From Octopus sinensis (taxonomy: Eukaryota), in contig NC_043004.1 in the NCBI RefSeq assembly GCF_006345805.1, positions 92,814,001 through 92,878,000 on the forward strand: a DNA stretch of 64,000 bases, read 5' to 3'. Both the position numbers and the translations under genes were made by a program. Position 1 is the stretch's first letter, and each line of letters starts with the position of its first letter. Positions 13,200 to 23,059 of this stretch are shown here, piece by piece. Under the pieces are notes generated by a model, which had not been told where the DNA came from, searched no databases, and saw only the letters and a list, made by a program, of their open reading frames with translations.

Positions 13200-13760
13200 T
13201 GGTAAAATTTCCACTTATTTCTTATTTTTATTTTCCTAAAATCTTCGTTGCGTCTTGCAACCTTTTCAATAGTCTTGACTCTGTCTGTTATTTACACTGC
13301 GTTCCTTTTTGTTTGTTTGTGCGCAATGTATGTGGGTTAGTGTGTGTGTACCTATGTATACATGCATGTATGTATGCATGTTTTTGTATATATATATGTA
13401 TGTATATGCATATGTATATATGCATGTATGTGTGTGCATCTGTATGTATGTATCCTGCATATTCATGTGCTTGCATGTCCGTGTTAGTGTATTTTCTATG
13501 TATGTGTGTATGTGAGCGTGTGTTTGTATATGTATGCACCTCTGTCTCCTTGTGTGTGCATGTCTGTCTGTGTGTGTTTTGCAACTATGTGCCATGTTTG
13601 TATGTATGGGTGTACATCTCCTTATGTGTGGACCCATGTCTCTATATGTGTCCATGTGTGGAGTAAAGTGTGTGTGTATATATGGTCATGTGTTTCAGTC
13701 TCCATTTGTGTATGTGTGTATGTGTGCTTGTCTGTTCTTATAACCTATGTACCTATCCGT
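13200..13760. repeat. degenerate (TG)/(TA)/(TATG) microsatellite-derived tract in the last intron
   Basis: Dense dinucleotide repeats producing spurious Cys/Val/His/Thr-rich ORFs. Confidence 0.8.
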
Positions 13761-13905
13761 CTGTATGTTGATCTGTTTATTTCATATCCATATGCTTACA
13801 TACAAAAGCATAGAAAGAGTAAGAGAGAGTGTAGGAGTTGGGGGAGGGGATCTTTTGTTTCATTTTTCTATTTTTTAATTACTTTTTTATTATTTTTCTT
13901 CGCAG

Positions 13906-14337
13906 AGTCCAACAGGAAACTTTGACTTCAGTTCGAAGACATACAAAACACTACCAAGCAATCAATCATTCCCAGATATAGTCACCCATGACAATACTCA
14001 GACTTTCCATGGCTCCACAACACATGGACATTATTCAGAATTTCTCGACTATGAGCAGTTTGAGGCATCCCCAGGAGTGAGAGTAGCACGACCATTTTCT
14101 TTCTTTACTCCTCCTCCCAAGCACTTTCCCACTGAAATTCAACGCAGCCATAGCACTCGTGAAAAAACGAAGGATAAACATCGGAAATTTCGGCTAAAAC
14201 CACTTTTCCATAAGCCAAGGGGTCGAGTTGTGGTGGGCAAGGAGAAAAAGTTTACTGTCACCTCTGTACCGGAAAGTCCCAAACATTCATCACATAAGGG
14301 GGAAGAAAGTTACCAAATGATCCCAGAGGAAGTGTAA
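13906..14337 (+). CDS. DUF389-family paralog 1 (+), terminal exon (SPTGNFDFSS...YQMIPEEV*)
   Basis: cttcgcag|AGT acceptor; 432 nt open in phase 0 to TAA 14335-14337; homologous to 32135-32521. Confidence 0.82.
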   Translation, partial: SPTGNFDFSSKTYKTLPSNQSFPDIVTHDNTQTFHGSTTHGHYSEFLDYEQFEASPGVRVARPFSFFTPPPKHFPTEIQRSHSTREKTKDKHRKFRLKPLFHKPRGRVVVGKEKKFTVTSVPESPKHSSHKGEESYQMIPEEV

Positions 14338-14429
14338 GTAGCATTGCTGAAGCAAGTGATGGCTGTAGTGTGTGTATGCATCGATACTTGTGTGTGAATT
14401 AGTGGGAAGACTGCATAAGGTTAGTCAGT

Positions 14430-14640
14430 AATATTGATTTTAAATTTTGGCACCAGGCCAGCAACTGCAGGGAAGGAAGTAAGTCAATTACATCAACCCC
14501 AGTGTTCAACTGGTACTTACTTTATAGACCCTGAAATGACGAAAGACAAAGTCAGCCTCTGCAAAATTTGTACTCGGAACATAAAGACAGAAGAAACGCC
14601 TCTAAACATTTCACCCAGTGTGCTAATGATTCCGTCTTAA
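14430..14640 (-). mobile_element. tRNA-derived SINE (family C) in the 3' UTR, shared with paralog 2 (~31815-32020)
   Basis: Reverse strand has CTTTGTCTTTCGTCATTTCAGGGTCTATAAAGTAAGTACCAGTTG, a diverged version of the 20796 element; present at the homologous site in both paralogs. Confidence 0.7.
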
Positions 14641-16344
14641 TGTTAGTCAGTAACATTAACACTGCTCTTATCTGCAGTCCTTGGTCAAGCGGGGAATAAA
14701 TATTTGTGAAGGTATGTGTATGTGTATGAATTGTTGAACAGGATATGTATAGTGAGTGATATACAGTCAGAAGAATGTGTAAATATGGATGTATGTGTGT
14801 GACATTAACTAGTGTATTTCTAGTAGCCAGAATGTACAGTGTGCACATGGCTATATATGTGGAAACAGTGTATATTTGTGTGCATGTGTGTAGGGGGGTT
14901 ATCTGTTCAAACAGTGTATGTTTGTGCATCTGTGTGCTTGTGATTGTGTATTTAAAAATGCATATATTTTATGTATATAGGTGAAAATCATGATGATATT
15001 GGTATGCATGTGTAGTTATCTTTCCATAAAATAGGAATATGTGTAGATATATATATATATATGTATGTATGTATTTTAGACACATGTTTCCTTCATGTGG
15101 TTATGTTTGAAACTGGAGACATAACGTATGTATATAGCAATAAACAACCCCCATCGCCCACAAAAAATAACCGAGTATGCATGGTAGGTTTGAAACCCAG
15201 ACATCCCACTTTGCATCATTTGCTCCTTATTCATATCGGGGATTTTCTTCTTGAGCAATGGCCCAGACAGATATCAATGATCCACTGGACTGACATGCCC
15301 CCTGAGAAAGGACACGGGGACTGAGCCCTCACTAATGACCCAACAACCCATTAAAAGTCACAGGACATTTTCATTTTCACACACACACACACATATAGTT
15401 CAAGAATTTTTTTTATAAGTTTAAAAACAGTGTATATTATCTGAAGAAAGGACTCACAAATATAGTCATATTATTAATATTGTTATTAATATTATTAATT
15501 ATTTTAATGACTGTGACTCAGAAGTTTTGCTAATAGTTGGCAGCTGTCCTAATGAGGACTGCTAATCGTCAGGCATGCAATTCATGCACAGACTTATACA
15601 TTCACACACATGCACATATAAATACACACATTCAAAAACCTATGGAACTTTATTGACTCAAACAAAGGAGACTTGTCTAGGAATGATCGATTGCTTGGTA
15701 AATGACTTGAATTCATGAAGAAGAATTTCTCAAAGACAATATATTTCTCATGGCAAACATACATACTCATACATGGTTGTGTGGTTAAGAAGCTTCCTTT
15801 TCAACCACATGTATTTGGTTTCAGTCCCACTGTATGGCACCTTGGGTAAATGTCTTCTACTATAGCCCCAGGCCAACCAATGGGCTTCAATACTAATAAG
15901 GCATTGGTCAATCCAGTGCAGACAGTAGGTGACACTTGTGCAATGTGCTGCACAGTAGGAGCAAATTCATCACCAGGTAATTGTAAAGTAAACTTCATAA
16001 CCAGACTGCAATGCCTGCATATATAATACATTTGTGAATCAATTCAACGTTGGACTGCTCAGTTGTAATGACTGGTACAAGTTAACATAAATACCCTTAT
16101 ACCCCATCACCTACTCATATTCATATTCATAGTTTTCAGTTCATCATAATAAACTAACAACGAAATGTTGCTCGTAAATTGCACTTCTCACATTTCAAGG
16201 ATGTGGGAATGCTAATAAAATAATATTCCAAAATAAAACGAATTTTTGTTTTTATTCTTAAAAACCCTTTATTTCTGTACTTATAGCTCTATTCTTTATT
16301 GATATTGATGTTTAATGCCAGGGTCAGCTTTGATCTAGCAGGCC

Positions 16345-16617
16345 ATACATATATATATATCACTTGATCACTTGACCAACCAGACCATCAGACCATTTAG
16401 CCTTCGAATGACGCCACCCCGCTGGCTAAGTGAGCAGGCCAACAGAAGAAAGAGTGGTGAAAGAGTACAGCAGGGATCACCACCCACTGCCGGAGCCTCG
16501 TGGAGCTTTTAAGTGTTTTCGCTCAATAAACACACACAACGCCCGGTCTGGGAATCGAAACCGCGATCCTGCGACCGCGAGTGCGCTGCCCTAACCACTA
16601 GGCCACTGCGCCTCCAC
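16345..16617 (-). mobile_element. tRNA-derived SINE (family D)
   Basis: Reverse strand GGAGGCGCAGTGGCCTAGTGGTTAGGGCAGCG...GGTTTCGATTCCC (A- and B-box-like) followed by a non-tRNA body. Confidence 0.8.
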
Positions 16618-16726
16618 ACATATATATATATATACACACACATATATATATATATATATATTGATAAAACGGTAAGATAACAAAAGAAAGAAAGAGACCT
16701 CAATATTATGTAAATAGAAGAAATTT

Positions 16727-17654
16727 ATCTGTACAATAATATGTTACATTACTCGATAGTCAAGATAAAATTCTGAGTTTTAGATGCCGAAGTGGAAATC
16801 CACAACACCATCTCTTCGGTTATCTGGCTATTTGAAAACGCTATGAAAAAATACCGTTATATAAAGGGAAATTACTGTGTTATAACTGCTTGCCTGCGTA
16901 CTTATACATCGCTCGCATTTTTCGTCATAAAAATTATATAAATATACATAAAAAATATATAAAAATATATAAAATCTTCTTGGGATATAACATAGAAAGC
17001 ATGTTCTATCTGTTTTCTTTAGGGGATCAAAAACGTAACAGAAATTTAGTCACACGTGGGCATGATCCGAAAAGTTCTGTCCTTGTATTTAGACATGTAG
17101 TAGGGTCTAAGCTGCTTTTCCAGATAAGCCATCTCTCCATGTCGCATAGACCGCACCTTCCGCTGCCGTTGGTATAGGGCTTACATCTGGCCAAAATCTT
17201 CCATTGTATGTTATAATCGATACCTTTATCTCTTAAAGACCAAGGTGCAGTCTATGTGACATGGAGAGATGGCTTATCTGGAAAAGCAGCTTAGACCCTA
17301 CTACATGTCTAAACACAAGGACAGAACTTTTCGGATCATGCCCACGTGTGACTAAATTTCTGTTACGTTTTTGGTCCCTAAAGAAAACAGATAGAACATG
17401 CTTTCTATGTTATGTCCCAAGAAGATTTTATATATTTTTATATAATTTTTATGACGAAAAATGCGAGCGATGTATAAGTACGCAGGCAAGCAGAGTTATA
17501 ACACAGTAATTTCCCTTTATATAACGGTATTTTTTCATAGCGTTTTCAAATAGCCAGATAACCGAAGAGATGGTGTTGTGGATTTCCACTTCGGCATCTG
17601 AAACTCAGAGTTTTATCTTGACTATCGAGTAATGTAACATATTATTGTATAGAT
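16727..17654. mobile_element. foldback-type long inverted repeat (arms 16727-17159 and 17242-17654, 82-bp spacer)
   Basis: Arms are reverse complements with few mismatches (e.g. GGCATGATCCGAAAAGTTCTGTCC vs GGACAGAACTTTTCGGATCATGCC). Confidence 0.9.
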
Positions 17655-17799
17655 ATATATATATATCCAGGTCTTTAGTCATTGCACCATGAGCATACTG
17701 AGGCTCTATTCTCAAGTATACAGCCAGTCATACTGTTTCAAATTTGGGCACAAGGCCAGCAATTATAAGGGGAGATGTTTAGTTAGTTGTATCAACCCC

Positions 17800-19400
17800 A
17801 GCACTTCACTTTATGTCTAACTTTTCTCTCAACACATTTGCACTTTGTTGTATATGCACATCCAACCAAGCATGCTACCTTCATTCCTTTCTCGTGTACA
17901 TGTCTTCAGCATTCTGGGCCCAGGTCTCACTAACCATGGAGTATAGCTGTTCATTCACAAGCATCATACAATCTACTTTTCCCTTCGGGAGAGAATTCTT
18001 TCGATGTCAGCAGAGGTAAAACCTTATTGAACTTCCTCCATCCTATTCTTTTCCTAGAAACAATACATTAGATCATCCTCCATCATTGCTAATTTGGTTA
18101 CCTAGGCAACAGAAACTATCCACAACCTCAAGCAAACCTCCCTCAGGTGGTTCTATATCCGAAAGATCCTCCTTTTCCCATGCATTTTCCATTTAGTAAC
18201 CTTCCATAGTGACATTTCCATGCATCTTTCTTCGCTGAGTCACAAGTAAAAGCATACCATTATCCATTCGCACACATTTCTATTCTCTTTGATATACTGC
18301 TTTGCAATATTGAATACTTCACACCTTTGATTCTCATGCTGTAGAACATTTGCGAATCTCTTACCTTCTGCTATTCCTTTTGCTTTACAAACTTGTTGCC
18401 GACCTTCCCTTCTGGCTACCTGATATAATTCTCTGCCTCCACCATTTCTCCAGTCTTTCCAGGCCTGTCTCTGCTTTTATACACTGTCTACCTCCTTGTT
18501 CCACCACCATGTCACCTTCAGCCTAGCTGGGACTTTTCACCAGCCACAAATTTGGTCTGTAGCCTTCAGCAGATTGTCCTACTGGAACTTCCACTTGTAC
18601 TTTAAGCTATATGTCCTCCACCCCTTTCGTCAGAAGCTTTCATTAGGACATCTCTAAATTTCTTATTTATTTCTTTACTGCGCACAAGGAGGTACACACA
18701 GAGGGGACAAACAAGTTAAGTCAATTATATCAACCCCAGTGCGTAACTGGTACTTATTTAATTGGCCCCAAAAGGATGACAGGCAAAGTCGACCTCGGCG
18801 GAATTTGAACTCAGAATGTAACGGCAGACGAAATACCGCTAAGCATTTTGCCTAGCGTGCTAACATTTCTGCCAGCTCGTCGCCTTTTTCTAAATTTCTG
18901 TCTGTTTGTTGGGCCTTTGAGTTTCCATAATCTTCTTTTCCAGAATAGTTTATTTCACTGTGTCCTTTTAGCTCTAATTCTGAAGTCACTAACTAGCAAC
19001 TTATGTTGGGTTGTACACTCTTCACCTGGGAAACACTTTGCATTTGCAAGCATCTGTCTATCTTGTTACCTGGCGAGGAGGTAATCAATCTGGCTTACGT
19101 GGCCCCCAGAATGATGAGTGATTTGGTGGCTGGCTTGCTGGTTTTCTGAAGTTAGTGTTGCAGGTCATGAGATTTACATCACAAAACTCCAGCAGCCTTG
19201 TTCCCTCCTCATTCTGAGGGCCAAAGCCATAACCACCATGCTGTCCATGGAATCCATAGGGATGTTGTCCAAGATGTCCATTGGAGTCACCAGCCACAAT
19301 AACGAAGTCTCCCTCTCTCATTTGTTGTTGAGATAGTCTGCAAAAGGTCCTCATAGTATTGGTCCTTCTGCTTATCAGCCAGCCCAGACTGAGGAGCATA
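17800..19400 (-). mobile_element. degenerate RTE-clade LINE (AP endonuclease to RT), interrupted by a family C SINE at ~18670-18885
   Basis: ORF 19085-19399 GDFVIVAGDSNGHLG...NEEGTRLLEFCD...NTNFRK is an RTE-type APE; a WWWNKEVD...AWKDW motif lies downstream. Confidence 0.85.
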
Positions 19401-19740
19401 GACAGAGGTAAATGTAACTGTTAATTTTTCTATGATAAGTCTCAGCTTAATTACCCTATCAATTACCTTATCTACTCACTTTTCTGCTAAGAATATGCCT
19501 ACACCACCCATTCTATCACTCCTACTTACCCAGAAGAATTTGAACCTCTGTTGCTTACCCATGAAGAATCATATGTCCGAAAAGGAAGTATGCTCTAAAG
19601 CATTAGAGCAGTAATATATCTTTTTTAGGAAGTTAATTGTTATGGCCCGTCATAGAGTGACCATTGGTTTCTCACGCATAAGGCACTTAACAATATAGGT
19701 AACTTGTCAGACTCAAATGACAGAAGGTGCATAACCACTC

Positions 19741-20130
19741 TTTCCTGGAAAGTTCTGAGGAAGGAGACATCCTGGAAAGTTCCAAGGAGTGTGGGAGAAT
19801 TACGTCTAGGAAAGTTCCGGGTAAGAGATTACCTGGAAAAGTCCAGGGAAGGGGACAGAATTACCTGCAAAGTTCTGAAAAACTACTGCCTAGAAAGTTT
19901 CGAGGAAGGGGGAAGATACGTCCTGGAAAGTACCTGGGATAAGATTACCGGGAAAGGTCCGAGGGTGGGAATGAGAATACCTGGAAAAGCCCAAGGGGAC
20001 GAAATTACCTCGAAAGTTCTGAGGAGGAATTACTCCATGGAAATTACTTAGGAGAACACTTCCTGGAAATTTCTGAGGACAGGGGAAGGGGATTTCATGG
20101 AGGATGGGGGCAAGATTACCTGGAAAATGT
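19741..20130 (+). repeat. degenerate minisatellite with ~13 copies of a conserved CCTGGAAAGTYC-like core
   Basis: Cores at ~19744, 19771, 19806, 19833, 19863, 19889, 19922, 19948, 19980, 20007, 20036, 20062, 20119. Confidence 0.8.
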
Positions 20131-20214
20131 AAAACTGCTGTCACAGAAAAACCATTGTTCAACTGTGGGAAAAGTTCTGTTGCAGTGTTAATTTAACATG
20201 CATGCAAGATCCAC

Positions 20215-20259
<45 letters not shown>

Positions 20260-20267
20260 TATATATA

Positions 20268-20648
20268 TCTCTATATATAAACGGCAGTTTGTCTGTGCGT
20301 GTTTCTGTGTGTCTGCTTGCTTGTACCCTCACCCTGAGAACGGCTTTCAACCGATTCTGATGAAACTTGACACACACATAGCCCAATGTCATAATTCAAA
20401 ACTAACGCAGCGAAAATTTTGAAAAGTTCCCCCAGTTCTGAAAAAAATCGATAAATTCGACAAGGGGTCGAGAATCAGAAACACAAACCGCAAACTGTCT
20501 AGGGGACGCAACTCCACCTTTTTTAACTAAAAAAAAAATTTACCATCATTTTTTTCCATTTTTTTGCTATTTTTTGGCTATAACTCTCTAAAAATGCTTT
20601 ATAGTTATTTCCCTTACAAACCTGAGCAACGCCAGGCGATACTGCTAG
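20268..20648 (+). mobile_element. non-autonomous Helitron-like element
   Basis: 5' TCTCTATATATAAA; 3' subterminal hairpin CCTGAGCAACGCCAGG and terminal CTAG; inserted in (TA)n. Confidence 0.8.
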
Positions 20649-20795
20649 TATATATATATATATATATATATAATCAGATGAGGTGTGCAAGAGAGATGAC
20701 TGCGCTGGTATGGTCATGTGTTGTGAATGAATGAGGACAGCTGCGTGAAAAAGTGTCACACCCTAGAAGTTAAGGGTATCTGTAGAAGAGATAAA

Positions 20796-21030
20796 AGGCG
20801 GCGAGCTGGCAGAAACGTTAGCGCGCCGGACGAAATGCTTAGCGGTATTTCGTCTGCCGCTACGTTGTGAGTTCAAATTCCGCCGAGGTCGACTTTGCCT
20901 TTCATCCATTCGGGGTCGATAAATTAAGTACCAGTTACGCACTGGGGTCGATGTAATCGACTTAATACCTATGTCTGTCCTTGTTTGTCCCATCTATGTT
21001 TAGCCCCTTGTGGGTAATAATGAAATAGGT
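20796..21030 (+). mobile_element. tRNA-derived SINE (family C), near full length
   Basis: GGCGGCGAGCTGGCAGAAACGTTAG...GAGTTCAAATTCCGCCGAGGTCGACTTTGCCTTTCATCC...GTACCAG; further copies at ~18670, 22660, 29075, 50580-50990. Confidence 0.82.
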
Positions 21031-21049
21031 ATCTGTAGAAGAGATCATC

Positions 21050-21675
21050 ATCATCGTCATCATCGTCGTTTAGCGTCCGTTTTCCATGCTAGTATGGGTT
21101 GGACGGTTCTACTGGGGTCTGTGAAGCCAGAAGGCTTCATCAGGCCCAGTCAAATCTGGCAGTGTTTCTACGGCTGGATGCCCTTCCTAACGCCAACCAC
21201 TCCGTGAGTGTAGTGGGTGCTTTTTACGTGCCACCCGCACAGGTGCCAGACAGAGCTGGCAAACGGCCACGAACGGATGGTGCTTTTTATGTGCCACCGG
21301 CACAAGGGCTAGGCGAGGCTGGCAACGGACACGAAACGGGGCGGTGCTGGCAACGGTCGCGAAACGGAAGGTTCTCTTACATGCCACCGGCACTGGTAAC
21401 ACATCTGCAATTTCCATTGATCGATTTCCATTTCTGATCCTCACTTGCCTCAACGGGTCTTCACAAGTAGAGTATCGACATGCCACCGGCACTGGTAACA
21501 CATCTGCAATTTCCATTGATCGATTTCGATTCTGATCCTCACTTGCCTCAACAGGTCTTCACAAGTAGAGTTTTGTGTCCCAAGAAGGGAAGGTATGCAT
21601 ACGTAGGCTGGCTCCATCCCAAGTAGAAGGCCACGGGTTATGGACTCACTTGTCCTGCCGGGTCTTCTCGCGCAC
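21050..21675 (-). mobile_element. RTE-LINE 3' end (minus)
   Basis: (CAT)n tail at ~21050 followed by the reverse-complemented RTE 3' UTR up to the end of ORF2. Confidence 0.8.
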
Positions 21676-22520
21676 AAGACTCAGGAAAACCTGGGATGAG
21701 GTGGTGAAGCACGACCTTTCAACATTGGGCCTTACCAAGGCAATGACTAGTGACTGGGACCTTTGGAGATATGTAGTGCTTCAGAAGGCCCAACAAGCCA
21801 AGTGAGACCATAGCTCATGGCCTATGCCAGTGGGTATAACCAGCGCATTTATGAATACCCCCTCATTCATTGGACAATTAACATTGCTTGTGAATACCTA
21901 TTAAGGCAAGTGAAATCAAAATCAAAATTGCTGATGTGGCCGATGACAGTACCGCCTGATTGGCACTCATGCCAGTGGAACATTAAAAGCACATCCAAAC
22001 GTGGGGTGTAACCGGCCCACTTATGAGTACCCCTCATTCATTGGACAATGGATTTTACTTGCAAAGACCTATCGAGGCAAGTGTAAACAAATCAAAATCG
22101 CTGACATGGCCGATGACAGTACCGCCTGATTGGCACTCATGCCAGTGGAACGTTAAAAGCACATCCAAGCACGATCATTGCCAGGGCCACAGATTTGCTC
22201 CCATGCCGGTGACACATGAAAAGTACCATTCGAGCATGACCATTGCCAGCATCGCTTTACTGGCACATGTGCTAGTGGCACGTAAAAACACCTCTTGAGT
22301 GTGGTCGTTGCCAGAACTACCTGACTGGCCCTCATGCTGGTGGCAGGTAAAAGCACCCACTACAGTCTCAGAGTGGTTGGCATTAGGAAGGGCATCCAGC
22401 TGTAGAAACTTTGCCAGATCAGACTGAACCTGGTGCAGCCTCTGGTTCTCAAGTCCTCAGTCAAACAGTCCAACCCATGCCAGCATGGAAAGCAGACATA
22501 AAGCGATGATGATGAGGAGG
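21676..22520 (+). mobile_element. RTE-LINE 3' end (plus)
   Basis: RKTWDEVVKHDLSTLGLTKAMTSDWDLWRYVVLQKAQQAK* then 3' UTR and GATGATGATGAGGAG tail. Confidence 0.8.
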
Positions 22521-22659
22521 AGGATTATATATATGTATATATATATATGTATATATATATGTATGTCTATATATATATATATATATATAAATAAATATAT
22601 ATATATATATATACACCATGGGCGTCTTTCAGTTTCCTATTTCTTTACTGTCCACAAGG

Positions 22660-23012
22660 GGCTACACACAGAGGGGACAAACAAGGACAGACAAATGGAT
22701 TAAGACAATTATATCGACCTCAGTGCGTAACTGGTACTTATTTAATTGACCTCGAAAGGATGAAAGGCGAAGTCGATCTCGGCGAAATTTGAACTCAGAA
22801 CATAGCAGCAGAAGAAATACTGCTAAGCATTTTGCCCGGCGTGCTAACGATTCTGCCAGCTCGGCGGATTCTTTCAGTTTCTGTTTATCAAATCCTCCCA
22901 CAAGGCTTTAGTAAGCCTAAGGCTATAGTAGAAGAAACTTGCCGAAGGTGTCATGCAGTGGAACTGAACCAGGAACCATGTAGTTGGGAAGCAAGTTTCT
23001 TACCACATAGCC
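22660..23012 (-). mobile_element. adjacent SINEs: family C (~22660-22865) and 5' half of family A (~22866-23012)
   Basis: Reverse-complement matches to the family C and A copies elsewhere in the window. Confidence 0.72.
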
Positions 23013-23059
23013 ATGTCTGTGCCTATTCTTACCGCCCAGCTGGTGTTAGAACACCTACA

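Noticed and set aside
16540-16617. tRNA gene
   Set aside because: The tRNA-like A/B boxes are the head of a SINE and continue into a repeat body; the same applies at 4870-4945, 5014 and 42545.
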